Below are positions 38,386 through 48,357 of a stretch of DNA of 64,000 bases, in pieces. Made by a program: the position numbers and the translations under genes. The stretch covers positions 1-64,000 of the IMG/VR virus record IMGVR_UViG_3300047560_000724, one strand, 5' to 3'. Below the pieces are notes generated by a model, which saw only the letters and a list, made by a program, of their open reading frames with translations, did not search any database and had not been told where the DNA came from. The stretch comes from a virus. The first letter of the stretch is position 1; each line of letters begins with the position of its first letter.

Positions 38386-38622
38386 TTAAACACTATTTTC
38401 AATTGTTGGCTCAACACCTTCTCGGCAAGGTATTGGATGACCGTAATAATCGAGCATTAATGATCCCCACACCTTACCGTTTTCTTCAAACTCTACAAAC
38501 ACTCTACCGTAAGCACAGAACGCCCTTGTTTCTGTTGTAGGCTTTGATTTGCTAATAAACAACCAAATCAACAGAGTAACTACAATTAGCCACCCGATCA
38601 CAATGTTTCTTACCAGTTTCAC
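38386..38622 (-). CDS. Small membrane-anchored protein
   Basis: N-terminal TM helix. Confidence 0.55.
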   Translation of the reverse strand: MKLVRNIVIGWLIVVTLLIWLFISKSKPTTETRAFCAYGRVFVEFEENGKVWGSLMLDYYGHPIPCREGVEPTIENSV

Positions 38623-38867
38623 TTCATTGCTTCCATGGTCTGCCTCTTAGCCTCTTCTTTAACTTCTTGTTTGTGTATAGTTTGAAGACCCCTAAACATG
38701 TCTTCAACTACATGGATTATAGCATCCTTGCCATCTTCTGTCAAGTGGCTGTACTCTGGACTTACACTACTTTCATGCCAAACACGCTGATTTTTTACAA
38801 GTTCTAGCAATGCACCGTAGAGCATGTCTTTGTGCATACTTCGTTTGATATCAAATTTTCTCGCCAT
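38619..38867 (-). CDS. Hypothetical protein
   Basis: ORF from MARKFDI overlapping the ligase 3' end. Confidence 0.5.
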   Translation of the reverse strand: MARKFDIKRSMHKDMLYGALLELVKNQRVWHESSVSPEYSHLTEDGKDAIIHVVEDMFRGLQTIHKQEVKEEAKRQTMEAMK

Positions 38868-40176
38868 CTTTAAAGCCTCTGAAATGGAGAAACCGTGGAA
38901 AGCGCAAAGAGTAACTACCGTCTTGATTCTGTGTAATGGCGTCGGCTCGTACTTCAACGATCTTCCCAACCACCGCATTACGATCCTTCCAATAATCATC
39001 CCGGTTGCTATCAGTGAACCCGCTACCAACATTGACCCGTATAGACTTTCCGTCATCTTCACCCTCACATACTAGTGCGCCTAACTTACCTACATTACGA
39101 CCAGTGCCTTCTTCAATTGCTGTTACTGTCAAAGACACTTCAATGAACGGCTTCAACTTCAACCATGCTACTGAACGCTTACACTCATAACCTGCTTCTG
39201 GATCTTTAAGCATAATGCCTTCGTATCCCCCAGCAATGGCACTACTATTAATTTCTTTATAACGCTTCTGTCCAGCATCTGTGTCCAAATCAACAAGTTC
39301 GTGTCCGACTACAGTAACATTAGGCAACATGTCTTTGTAAGTCTTGTGCCAGTAGTAAACCATGTCACTGCGTGTTGATTGATCTTTATCCCAGAAACCT
39401 TTTTCAAAATCTGCTAATGGAATAACATCAAACAAATTAAGGATAGCATCACCTGCTTCTACATTGTCCTTGCGGTGTACTTGTTTCATTAAGTCTTGGA
39501 AACTGGACGACATAATTTCGCCGTCTAGTACAACATCCATATTTTGACTAGAGCCATGCTTCTTAACTACAGCACTAATCTGTTCTACAATGTGTGGAAA
39601 ATTGACCAGCTCTTTACCATTTCGGCTAAACATATCAACCCGGCCATCAGCACGAACAATCGTAATAACGCGAACGCCATCGAGTTTGACTTCAATAAGT
39701 TTCTTCCCTGCAACCTTTCCTTCATGATTAGCACTATCATGAGCAAGCTGGCAACTGAAAACAGGAATAGAATATTGTGCATGGTTCTTACCTACAACTT
39801 TGTTAACGGTGGCTTCGCTAAATCCAGCTCGCATGTCTTTGATAAGAATACGGCGGTACCAATCATTCCATTCTGCTTTTGTAGCAATAGCAAGACACAA
39901 TTCAATCGCCGTCTTTGCGTCATTGCCTGTTAGTTCACGCTTTTGAAGTTTACTTGCAAGTTCAGTAAACACATTCCAAGGCAAGCCTTGACCATCTGGG
40001 CCACTGTGTGTTGGAACTTTCTTGACACCAAATGTAATCATTGAGTCAAGTGCAAGTTTACAGCCTTCAAAGAATGTAGAGTTACCTGCGTCTAGTTCTT
40101 CTTTAATAATGGATTCTTTAACCAAGCGACTGTTGTCTGCTTCAAGTAGAGAAATTACTTGCCAAGGTTGACGCAT
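38851..40176 (-). CDS. ATP-dependent DNA ligase
   Basis: EVKLDGVR, LDGEI, EGIMLK, WLKLK and SLRFPRF motifs. Confidence 0.93.
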   Translation of the reverse strand: MRQPWQVISLLEADNSRLVKESIIKEELDAGNSTFFEGCKLALDSMITFGVKKVPTHSGPDGQGLPWNVFTELASKLQKRELTGNDAKTAIELCLAIATKAEWNDWYRRILIKDMRAGFSEATVNKVVGKNHAQYSIPVFSCQLAHDSANHEGKVAGKKLIEVKLDGVRVITIVRADGRVDMFSRNGKELVNFPHIVEQISAVVKKHGSSQNMDVVLDGEIMSSSFQDLMKQVHRKDNVEAGDAILNLFDVIPLADFEKGFWDKDQSTRSDMVYYWHKTYKDMLPNVTVVGHELVDLDTDAGQKRYKEINSSAIAGGYEGIMLKDPEAGYECKRSVAWLKLKPFIEVSLTVTAIEEGTGRNVGKLGALVCEGEDDGKSIRVNVGSGFTDSNRDDYWKDRNAVVGKIVEVRADAITQNQDGSYSLRFPRFLHFRGFKDGEKI

Positions 40177-40225
40177 TTTTGCTCCTAAGAATTTACTGTA
40201 ATGTATGTATTATACAGCAGAAATC

Positions 40226-40954
40226 TTAGTATGTCAAGTGATTTGTGGTCTTAAATGGCTTGCCGATACAGGCGTATTCTAATTGGGTCATTATTTTACG
40301 CTTCATTTGTCGGACTTTTGGATGGTTGTGATTGTATTCAAACGCTTTCATAAAGCGTTCCCAATCATTTGGACGGATCCGTTTTGTTACCTTAGCATCC
40401 ATATATTCTCGGATACCTTTTGGATTCCACCCAAATTTATCAATCATCATCTGGGCAATGTTAAAAGCATGGGCACCCATTTCATCTCGGTCACCATAAT
40501 ACTCTTGCTGTTTACGATCTCGAGCATAGTAGGCTGTGCTTTCATATCCTGGGATAGGTTTGAAATTACGAGCACGATGTTGTCTAGCGTGGATAATTTC
40601 ATGTAGCATTATGTCAGCAAAAACTGTACAAATTCTTTCCCAACGATATGGGCTAGTCTTCATAGTTTGAGCATCTGTTGGGTAAGCTATCTGGACTTCG
40701 ATAAAACGCTTCTTACCGGCTTTATCTTCTCCAGAATAATAAACTCCACCTAGCCAAAGCTCGCCCTTTTTAACTGGTTTGTACTTACCGCTGGTTACTT
40801 TTACAGGGAGATGTTGTTTGATATGTTTGCTTAAGAGCTTGACGATTTGACCAATAGGTAATCGCTTGTCTACGATCTCTGATTTAAGTTCGTAAAGCAT
40901 AGAGTACAAGGTATCTCGATCCAGTAAGGACCAGTTGAAAGCCTGACGGGCCAT
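40226..40954 (-). CDS. HExxH-motif protein (paralog of 47282-47956)
   Basis: LHEIIHARQ...DEMGAHA. Confidence 0.6.
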   Translation of the reverse strand: MARQAFNWSLLDRDTLYSMLYELKSEIVDKRLPIGQIVKLLSKHIKQHLPVKVTSGKYKPVKKGELWLGGVYYSGEDKAGKKRFIEVQIAYPTDAQTMKTSPYRWERICTVFADIMLHEIIHARQHRARNFKPIPGYESTAYYARDRKQQEYYGDRDEMGAHAFNIAQMMIDKFGWNPKGIREYMDAKVTKRIRPNDWERFMKAFEYNHNHPKVRQMKRKIMTQLEYACIGKPFKTTNHLTY

Positions 40955-41012
40955 AATACACTCCTAACATAGTTATTTATAGTGTACTACGGCCAACCAT
41001 TATATACGCACT

Positions 41013-41633
41013 TTATGGGCGTTTTGTAACAACTTTATCAGCCAAGCCATAAGCAACGGCTTCTTCTGCGCTTAAAAATGTGTCAAATTTCATGGTTTCG
41101 AACAGTTCTTCGTAACCCTTACCCGCTGTATTATGGCGAACATACAGTTCTGTAAGACGCTTATTGATACGAACTGATTCCTCAAACGATCGTTTTGCGT
41201 CTTCAAACTGAAGATCCTGCACATGAACTGAGCCACGGGTTCCAGGAGTACCTGAACTTACACGATGGATCATAGTACGACTTTCTGGCAACACCATCCG
41301 TTTTCCAGGGGTGCCTGCTTGGGCTAGGAAACTACCCATGCTTGCAGCTTGCCCAATTACAATAGTTTGAATCTCGGGCTTGATAAACTGCATAGTATCG
41401 TAGATAGCCAAGCCGGCAGTTACACTACCGCCCGGACTGTTAATGAAGAACTGGATGTCTTCGTTTCCTTGACTCTCTAAAAAGAGTAACTGAGCCACAA
41501 TGACACTAGCCGAATGTTCGTTAACATCTGTATCTAGCATTACAATACGGTCTTTAAGCAGACGACTGTAAATGTCGTAACTGCGTTCACCTCGAGCTTC
41601 TTGCTCAACAACCATTGGTACCAAATGTGGCAT
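41013..41633 (-). CDS. clpP: ATP-dependent Clp protease proteolytic subunit
   Basis: [23 protein letters not shown] (Ser), MIH (His), DTF (Asp). Confidence 0.93.
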   Translation of the reverse strand: MPHLVPMVVEQEARGERSYDIYSRLLKDRIVMLDTDVNEHSASVIVAQLLFLESQGNEDIQFFINSPGGSVTAGLAIYDTMQFIKPEIQTIVIGQAASMGSFLAQAGTPGKRMVLPESRTMIHRVSSGTPGTRGSVHVQDLQFEDAKRSFEESVRINKRLTELYVRHNTAGKGYEELFETMKFDTFLSAEEAVAYGLADKVVTKRP

Positions 41634-41642
41634 CTTATTCCT

Positions 41643-42197
41643 TTATTGATCTAATTCTTTAAATGCTTCAGGCGCCCGTTTAAGAGCGATTTCACGCTGA
41701 CGAGCCGCCTCTTTTGCCTTACGCAAGATGTTTGCATCACCAGTGGGCAATGCTACTAGGACATAAGTTCTAAAACGAGGACCTTCGGCAATGCGTTTAA
41801 TTTCTTTGACCTCTACACCAGTAAGGTCAACTTCTTTACACGAAGCACGAATTGCCTGTTCGCTGAACTCAGTGCTAGTGTTTTCGGAATCTGTACGGTA
41901 AATCTTAGTACGCTGACTAGCGGTACCGCCAGCTGTCATACAAATCTTACCATAAGCGGCTGCTTTGGCTTTTGCATCAGCCATTGAAAAATCCCCACTA
42001 ACCGCAGTACCAGCTTCATAAACCGCACTATTACTAATTGGGATATCAGTCATCCACTTAGGAGCCTTGTCAATTGCTCGCTCGACATATTTTTCTTGTC
42101 GTTCGCGTTCGTACTCGGCTCGCTTTTGATAAGGGTCACTAGTACCGCAAGCCACTAACAATGCCGCAACGGGCAATAATGTAATAAGTTTTTTCAT
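41643..42197 (-). CDS. Lipoprotein (LPP20-like)
   Basis: Lipobox LVAC; APKW motif. Confidence 0.65.
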   Translation of the reverse strand: MKKLITLLPVAALLVACGTSDPYQKRAEYERERQEKYVERAIDKAPKWMTDIPISNSAVYEAGTAVSGDFSMADAKAKAAAYGKICMTAGGTASQRTKIYRTDSENTSTEFSEQAIRASCKEVDLTGVEVKEIKRIAEGPRFRTYVLVALPTGDANILRKAKEAARQREIALKRAPEAFKELDQ

Positions 42198-42198
42198 T

Positions 42199-42321
42199 TT
42201 ATTTTCCTGTCATCTTTTCTTTAGTCCAATCTGCCATGCCGGAAATATCGTTTCCAACACCCTTAACTGTACCACAAGCGGTAAGCATAACAGTGATAAA
42301 AATTACTAATGCCTGTTTCAT
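42199..42321 (-). CDS. Entericidin EcnA/B-like small lipoprotein
   Basis: MKQALVIFITVMLTACGTVKGVGNDI. Confidence 0.65.
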   Translation of the reverse strand: MKQALVIFITVMLTACGTVKGVGNDISGMADWTKEKMTGK

Positions 42322-42446
42322 TTTGCCATCTCCTGACTCTGTGTCTTAACTGTGTCTACACCTTTATCAAGCATACGAGCAATGCCGGAGAACCCAACAG
42401 TAGCCAGTACCAATCCAAAGATAGTGCCTGCGATAAATGCCTTCAT
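42318..42446 (-). CDS. Small membrane protein
   Basis: 42-aa ORF MKAFIAGTIFG with GAGG RBS; TTGACT-N17-TATAAT upstream. Confidence 0.55.
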   Translation of the reverse strand: MKAFIAGTIFGLVLATVGFSGIARMLDKGVDTVKTQSQEMAK

Positions 42447-42508
42447 AGTGTGCCTCTCTGTGTGTTAATGATGTGTATATTATAAATGAACAAAACCTAA
42501 AAGTCAAG

Positions 42509-43060
42509 TCACCATTTGTCCACAATTAGCCAATCTTCTGCATGACCGCCAGTTTGGCAAATAACTCCGTGATTAACAACCATTCTACCCTCTGCCGGGT
42601 ACTTTTCTCTAAACATACGGCATTTGGATTTGCTATGTGTAAAGTATTGTTCAATGCCTGGAACTTTGGCTACTTCATTTTCCAAAATAACTTGTCCAAT
42701 TTTAATTGGCTTAAAGTCTGGATTGATGCCTTCCTTACAAACATTAATCATTTCGGTTTTATATTTGCCACCTAAGTTGACTAGAATGTTACTACGGCCT
42801 TGGGCGATTGCTTGATGACACAGCATTTCGTCTGGGAGCATACCATTAACCGTTTCGTTTACTTGATATTCTTGTCCATCAATTTTAAGTTTGAATTGAA
42901 CATTACATCGACCAGATGCTTTGTTCTTAACAACATCATACGGTGCCGAAACTGTATATTCGTTTGACAGTTGAGTTGCCGCCCGCAATGAACATTCTGC
43001 GTGTGCAACCACAGATGACAGCAGGTTAATTGTTAGTAGAATCTTCTTCATAGCGATCAC
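42509..43060 (-). CDS. Secreted hypothetical protein
   Basis: Signal peptide, six Cys. Confidence 0.6.
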   Translation of the reverse strand: MIAMKKILLTINLLSSVVAHAECSLRAATQLSNEYTVSAPYDVVKNKASGRCNVQFKLKIDGQEYQVNETVNGMLPDEMLCHQAIAQGRSNILVNLGGKYKTEMINVCKEGINPDFKPIKIGQVILENEVAKVPGIEQYFTHSKSKCRMFREKYPAEGRMVVNHGVICQTGGHAEDWLIVDKW

Positions 43061-43304
43061 AAGTATATGAATACCACCAAATGGTTGATTTGAGTCTAGC
43101 GTTATAAAGTTGATCTTGCTCGTCTAGCTTTTCTATTTCTTTTGGAAAGGCTTTAATTTTTTGTATTGCTTTGAGCTGTGCCATTTGAGTTTCTCGCTTG
43201 GCACAGCTAACTGGAAATTCTTTTAGCTCTTTGTAAGATAATACCTTGGTAGCATTACTGTCACACCCTGCAAGTATGACCAATGCAAAGATAAGATATT
43301 TCAT
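43026..43304 (-). CDS. Lipoprotein
   Basis: Lipobox LAGC. Confidence 0.6.
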   Translation of the reverse strand: MKYLIFALVILAGCDSNATKVLSYKELKEFPVSCAKRETQMAQLKAIQKIKAFPKEIEKLDEQDQLYNARLKSTIWWYSYTCDRYEEDSTNN

Positions 43305-43720
43305 CAGTGTCTTTCTTCAAGTGAAGTTGAAGTTAGTTGTGCTAGGTTCTGGAACTTATCCCAAGCACCTTTAAGGGTAGGATTTTTATCTAGCTCTTCG
43401 CTAGGTAATACGGTCTCAACCCAAATGTAGGGCAATCGTCGAGGATGTGCGCCAAACTTACGAGGCTGATGTAGTTTGCCTTGATTCCAAAGATCAATAC
43501 TCACTGTACGGAACTTGTCTTCGTCTTCGTTGGGGTAACTAGCCCATTCTGGATTAGAGAAAGGACTGTATCCGTGGTATCCTTGCCAAATACCTGCCCA
43601 CTGATCGTCATTAGTTGGATCAAAATCTGTACGAGAAATAATAACAAGGACATCATCGATGTCAATATTACCATCAACGATGTCACGGACGCACCGACTA
43701 TAACTAAGTCCAATTTTCAT
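43304..43720 (-). CDS. Hypothetical protein
   Basis: 138-aa ORF MKIGLSYSRCVRDI. Confidence 0.65.
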   Translation of the reverse strand: MKIGLSYSRCVRDIVDGNIDIDDVLVIISRTDFDPTNDDQWAGIWQGYHGYSPFSNPEWASYPNEDEDKFRTVSIDLWNQGKLHQPRKFGAHPRRLPYIWVETVLPSEELDKNPTLKGAWDKFQNLAQLTSTSLEERH

Positions 43721-43721
43721 T

Positions 43722-43973
43722 TTAACCCCTACTACTGGTTTGTGTTACTGAAATTTTAGGTCCTGCGCTAGTAAAGTCCATTCCGGCCATTCTGCCTTCG
43801 TAGATTTTACCATTCCATTTCATTGGAAGTTTTACGCTTTTGTTTAGTATAACATCGAGCCGTTCGTTTTCCCTAAAGTCTTGGACAACCGCTTCAACAA
43901 ATTTTCCAGTACCTTCTTGTTTGACTTGGCAAGTGTCACTGTGTCTGCGTAGCTGACTCATTTTCTTCCCCAA
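43722..43973 (-). CDS. Hypothetical protein
   Basis: 83-aa ORF. Confidence 0.55.
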   Translation of the reverse strand: MGKKMSQLRRHSDTCQVKQEGTGKFVEAVVQDFRENERLDVILNKSVKLPMKWNGKIYEGRMAGMDFTSAGPKISVTQTSSRG

Positions 43974-44274
43974 TAGTAAACTCTACTCGTTTGATAGAAT
44001 CCCAACGGAAACTACGCCAAGATTTAGCATCAAGGTCATAAACGGGCATAACATCTTCATTAACCTTTTTAACTTTTGGAAAGTCAATAGGATTGTCGGT
44101 GTTAGTTTCGTGAGCCTTTGATTCAACTAGCGGAACAAGATCTGCATTGGTTGTGCATTTCATTACCCGTTCTGTACCGTCCTTTTTGGTAAAAACTACA
44201 GTTGTAGGTCCGTAAGCCAAATGGCTCTTAAGCCATTTCTTAAACAGCTTTAGTTCTTTTTCGTTTAGGTTCAT
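43936..44274 (-). CDS. WYL_2 / Sm-like SH3 beta-barrel protein
   Basis: FTKKDGTERVMKCT...YDLDAKSWRSFR pattern. Confidence 0.7.
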   Translation of the reverse strand: MNLNEKELKLFKKWLKSHLAYGPTTVVFTKKDGTERVMKCTTNADLVPLVESKAHETNTDNPIDFPKVKKVNEDVMPVYDLDAKSWRSFRWDSIKRVEFTIGEENESATQTQ

Positions 44275-44440
44275 TTTGTTTACTTTCAAGTTCTACAATA
44301 CGACTTTGCAATCTTACCACTTCTTGTTCTAACTTTTCTATATGTTCAGAAACATAGAACATAAAGTTGCTGGTGTTTTCACCGGTCACCCGTAGCATAT
44401 CTGCTACAGATGGTGGTGTTAGGTCTTCAGGATTATTCAT
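44240..44440 (-). CDS. Small coiled-coil protein
   Basis: 66-aa ORF. Confidence 0.5.
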   Translation of the reverse strand: MNNPEDLTPPSVADMLRVTGENTSNFMFYVSEHIEKLEQEVVRLQSRIVELESKQNEPKRKRTKAV

Positions 44441-45286
44441 TTAAATCTCCAATACAATGTTAGGATCCCATCCGCTATCAGGCTCATACCCTTCGTAACC
44501 ACGGGGATTACAAACAATACGAGTCTCGCCGATCATATAATCAAACGCATGATGAGTGTGCCCATGTGTCCACAGTTTGATCTGCGGACGATCTAAGATA
44601 AACTCACTCAAGTCACTGTGATAAGCACCATTCATCAAAGTTTCTCCTCTGTACTGTTCATGTACGCTTTGGAAACTTGGACTGTGATGTCCTACTACAA
44701 CAAACTTTTCGTCTGGGCGTTCTGCTACTACAGTTTTAATATAGCCGAGCATATGGCGATGGCGCAAGACTGTGTCATGCGGCTTGAGGTTAGTGTAGCC
44801 TTCATCTTCTTTTTTGATAACACGGAAGTCGTTCATCATGTCACGAACAGCATGAAGTGTAAGCGGATCGCCTTTGTTCATATCAGTCCATAAGGTTCCA
44901 CCGATAAATGTTACATCATCAATTTTCTTTGAGCCTGCTTCTAAGAAGTAAACATTAGGAAACTTGCCGCACTCGTCAAATAATACCTTAGGTGTACGAT
45001 TCCACTTTCCGTGGTAGAACTCGTGGTTGCCAGCAACATAAACAGTATGCGGGAATTGGAAACTACAACGCTTTAAGAAGTCGCGGAACCGTTGGACACG
45101 CTGTTGCTTGCGGCCAAGATCTGGAATAGCGCCATACATATTGTAGCTAGGCAATTCCATATGGTCGTAGAGTTCTTCGGCAATCATAATATCGCCTGAA
45201 AGAATTAGCACATCACAATTATTATCGTTTGTGATGTTGATATCAGAAAACTCTAAGTGGAGATCTGATACAAGTTTAATCCTCAT
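44441..45286 (-). CDS. Calcineurin-like metallophosphoesterase
   Basis: SDLHLE, GD, GNHE, HH and HGHTH motifs. Confidence 0.9.
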   Translation of the reverse strand: MRIKLVSDLHLEFSDINITNDNNCDVLILSGDIMIAEELYDHMELPSYNMYGAIPDLGRKQQRVQRFRDFLKRCSFQFPHTVYVAGNHEFYHGKWNRTPKVLFDECGKFPNVYFLEAGSKKIDDVTFIGGTLWTDMNKGDPLTLHAVRDMMNDFRVIKKEDEGYTNLKPHDTVLRHRHMLGYIKTVVAERPDEKFVVVGHHSPSFQSVHEQYRGETLMNGAYHSDLSEFILDRPQIKLWTHGHTHHAFDYMIGETRIVCNPRGYEGYEPDSGWDPNIVLEI

Positions 45287-45839
45287 CCTGTTCCTCTAAC
45301 CATTTCTGCGCCTTTTCTTTAGTAAGACGCCCTGCTTCAACTTCTACAAGAGCATGCCGTAGTGCTTCTTCAACAAACTCGTTAAAGGTCATATCACGCT
45401 CGTGCGCCATTTTCATATATTGTAACAGATCTTCATCGGAGAAGTCAACCTCCATTTGGACCCTAGTGTCATAATCCTCGCCTGCAGCAATAGCTAAACA
45501 CTTTTGGATAAAGTCGTCATCTACATCTAAGTCAATGTAGTCAACATTATCCCATGCTTCTTTCTTGCTAACATCTCGCCGTTTGGCTTCCTTTTTCATT
45601 TTCTTTTGGAAGTCTTCATTGACCATACGATACGCACGATTATGGACATAGTCGTGTGCTTGTACTTCGTAAACAGTTTGATCTTTAGTATCAAAAATGA
45701 TAGTAAAGCTGTGACCATCCTGATCACCATTCCAACTGTCTAGCATATAGGCATTCGGACCGTAACATTCCCAACAGTAATTACTACCTTCAGTGATCCG
45801 GTAGTCAACGATCTCCATCCATTCTTTTAGAGTAATCAT
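45276..45839 (-). CDS. Hypothetical protein
   Basis: 187-aa ORF; C-terminal ribbon-helix-helix-like segment. Confidence 0.65.
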   Translation of the reverse strand: MITLKEWMEIVDYRITEGSNYCWECYGPNAYMLDSWNGDQDGHSFTIIFDTKDQTVYEVQAHDYVHNRAYRMVNEDFQKKMKKEAKRRDVSKKEAWDNVDYIDLDVDDDFIQKCLAIAAGEDYDTRVQMEVDFSDEDLLQYMKMAHERDMTFNEFVEEALRHALVEVEAGRLTKEKAQKWLEEQDED

Positions 45840-46273
45840 AGTTCCAAGCCATCCTTTCTTGCTTGTTCTTCAATCCGAGCATTTCGCTCTGCTTCGTGTA
45901 TATCACACAATGTACGCACCCATCCACCACTACGGCGTGTACCAATACCGCCACATGCTTCACAGGCAACACCAGCCCACGACTCTGCCATACTAACTAG
46001 CCCATGAACATATTCGTCTCCGCCTTCGTAGTAAAACCTAAGTCCACCGAACTTTTCTTTAACTTGCATTACAACAACTTGCGGACATACTTCTTCTTTT
46101 CTATTAGCAAACTCAATATGTTGCTGAATGCTATGACTCAATCGTTCAATAATTGGCCACCAACCCTTGCCTACGGCAAATCCCCCATACGCACCAGGAT
46201 ACATCTTTGGATACGATTTTTCCATACGCTGGGCAAATGCTTCGTAGTCTTTAAATTCTTGATCGTCGTTCAT
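45836..46273 (-). CDS. Hypothetical Zn-binding protein
   Basis: QVKEKFGGLRFY, CEACG and TLCDIH motifs. Confidence 0.65.
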   Translation of the reverse strand: MNDDQEFKDYEAFAQRMEKSYPKMYPGAYGGFAVGKGWWPIIERLSHSIQQHIEFANRKEEVCPQVVVMQVKEKFGGLRFYYEGGDEYVHGLVSMAESWAGVACEACGGIGTRRSGGWVRTLCDIHEAERNARIEEQARKDGLEL

Positions 46274-46524
46274 TTTATCTCATCCGATGTTTCAATAAAA
46301 TCATTAATAATTAAATTCAATGCTTCAATTCTGCGTATGTTACCTGTTACATCTTCTGGGTGTAGCCAGTAACCATCTGGGTTATCTTCTGTCTTAGGAT
46401 TCTTTTTCCATTGTGCTAATTCCTTTTTAAGGTAAGAACGATAGTCTTTTAAGTTAAGACTAGTGATTCGATCCGCAGTTTCCCCGTCAATCCATTGATA
46501 CGGTTTGTGTTTTGCTTTACTCAT
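46270..46524 (-). CDS. Hypothetical protein
   Basis: ORF from MSKAKHK, ATGA-coupled. Confidence 0.55.
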   Translation of the reverse strand: MSKAKHKPYQWIDGETADRITSLNLKDYRSYLKKELAQWKKNPKTEDNPDGYWLHPEDVTGNIRRIEALNLIINDFIETSDEIK

Positions 46525-47246
46525 TGTGCGGCCTTTACATAATTTAATCGGGTTACTGGAATTTCGTGTTTCCAATGCTTGTTGTGGTCTTTGACTTTTG
46601 CCTTTACAACAACACACGGGCCAAGTTTTAAATCAACTTTGCTCATCCATGAGACCATCTTATTTTCAATTATAGCATCAACATTCCAAGCATCAAAGTT
46701 TTTTGAGCGTTGGCTTGATAAGATTTCGCAATCCTTATCAAAGATGTTATCGCCAATTAAGCCAACATATTCTTGATCAAATGTTTTGATACGCTTTTCT
46801 ATTTGAGTCCTAGCATAGTCTCTTTTGTACACACTTGGTAGGCAAGCAATGAATCCTAACTTATTCAACGGAACTTCTTCGCTGTTAAGTAGACTGTTAA
46901 CCTCAGTTTGAAATTCGTTATCACCTTGGATTGCAGAAAATGCTAGCCTTCGAAAATATTTTTGGATATCAGTTGCTAATTCTCGATCTTCAAGATTAGT
47001 ACATAGTAAAGGAGGTTTTGGAATATCACCCCAATTAGCTTTATCCTCTCCTAGTGTGACTAGCATTAAATCTCGGTTTGAATAGTTGTAATACATCACC
47101 TTGCTACCTTTTGAACCAAAAGTATCTTCGGGATCAGCATACACTGGCATGACTGTTTTAATGTAGTCTTTATTGTGCCGTTGAGCGGCACAGGCAAGCT
47201 CAAGGAGTTGCTGTAAAGGATATTTAGGTGCTGTGAAGCCAGGCAT
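46521..47246 (-). CDS. Hypothetical protein
   Basis: 241-aa ORF; TTGACA-N17-TAAAAT upstream. Confidence 0.65.
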   Translation of the reverse strand: MPGFTAPKYPLQQLLELACAAQRHNKDYIKTVMPVYADPEDTFGSKGSKVMYYNYSNRDLMLVTLGEDKANWGDIPKPPLLCTNLEDRELATDIQKYFRRLAFSAIQGDNEFQTEVNSLLNSEEVPLNKLGFIACLPSVYKRDYARTQIEKRIKTFDQEYVGLIGDNIFDKDCEILSSQRSKNFDAWNVDAIIENKMVSWMSKVDLKLGPCVVVKAKVKDHNKHWKHEIPVTRLNYVKAAQ

Positions 47247-47281
47247 TCTTGCTCACGATGTTTATTTAAGATAGTACTATT

Positions 47282-47956
47282 TTAAACGAAAATCGCGTCT
47301 GTGTCAACTTTTTGTAGCCGTACATAGACTTTTTTGGCTAGTTGTTTTAGGAGTTCCGGGTTGTGATCTTTAAAGTGAGCTACATACGCATTTAAGTTTG
47401 GGCTAACATATTGATCTTTGATTTTAAGTTTGGCTAGTAAAGTAAATTTGGGCATGTATCTTAATGCTCGATACTTGCCCAAAGTCCTGCACAGTTCGAT
47501 TGCAATGCTCAAAGCATACGCATCGAGCTCGTCCGGATCTTGCAGGTAGATTTGATATTGTGTGCCACCGTCATGCCGTTCCCAGAATGTTTGAAACTTT
47601 CTTTTGCGGCTTTGGCGTTGGTGTTTGTATTCATGAACTACAGCATCAAAAATTTGTACTAGCAAATCAGTAGTATGTTTCTGATCCCAGAGGACTTCTT
47701 TATTAAAGTTATGATAGATTATAACTTCTATAGGAGTTTCTTTTTGTTGATCTTCTTCAGCATCGTAATATGCGTTAACATAAAACTCTTCTGAATCTAA
47801 ATATTTTTTAGTTTGTGACTTTAAAGATAAGTCAAAGCCTTGTCGTTTAAATTCTCGGCGGACTAGACTCAACAGTTTCTGGAAACTTAGGCCATGCTTG
47901 CTATTCGCTTTTACTGTAGTGCAAACAGAGCAAACCGTTTCCATTATACTGTTCAT
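47282..47956 (-). CDS. HExxH-motif protein (paralog of 40226-40954)
   Basis: VHEYKHQRQ...DELDAYA. Confidence 0.6.
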   Translation of the reverse strand: MNSIMETVCSVCTTVKANSKHGLSFQKLLSLVRREFKRQGFDLSLKSQTKKYLDSEEFYVNAYYDAEEDQQKETPIEVIIYHNFNKEVLWDQKHTTDLLVQIFDAVVHEYKHQRQSRKRKFQTFWERHDGGTQYQIYLQDPDELDAYALSIAIELCRTLGKYRALRYMPKFTLLAKLKIKDQYVSPNLNAYVAHFKDHNPELLKQLAKKVYVRLQKVDTDAIFV

Positions 47957-47957
47957 A

Positions 47958-48176
47958 TTATAACCTATAAGTTACTCTACCCTTAGATAGATCGTATGGA
48001 CTTACTTCTATCTTTACCTTATCCCCAAGGATAATTCTAATTTTATGTTGTTTTAATTTGCCACCCATATAGCACAATAATGCGTTAGGAATGTTATCAA
48101 CTTTAACCCTAAACATATTGCCGGGTAACACTTCTTCAACGGCGCCTGTTAATTCAATAATATCGTCTTTAGCCAT
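47958..48176 (-). CDS. infA: Translation initiation factor IF-1
   Basis: MAKDDIIELTG.V.E.LP..MFRV...IRIILGDKV.IE.SPYDLSKGRVTYR; 72 aa. Confidence 0.92.
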   Translation of the reverse strand: MAKDDIIELTGAVEEVLPGNMFRVKVDNIPNALLCYMGGKLKQHKIRIILGDKVKIEVSPYDLSKGRVTYRL

Positions 48177-48345
48177 TTACTTTGGACAGTACCATGGCAC
48201 CGTCTTTTACCTCAATATTAATTGTATCGCCTTCTTTCCATCCCTGTGCCTCACAGATTTCTGGGGGAAGTTTCATCATGACATTATCTGGATCTCCAGG
48301 AATGTCTTCAAACAGTTCTTCTACCGTATAGGTTAATTTAGTCAT
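48169..48345 (-). CDS. AbrB/MazE/SpoVT-like small DNA-binding protein
   Basis: 58-aa ORF with KLPPEICEAQGWKEGDTINIEV. Confidence 0.65.
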   Translation of the reverse strand: MTKLTYTVEELFEDIPGDPDNVMMKLPPEICEAQGWKEGDTINIEVKDGAMVLSKVNG

Positions 48346-48357
48346 AATGTATTTACT

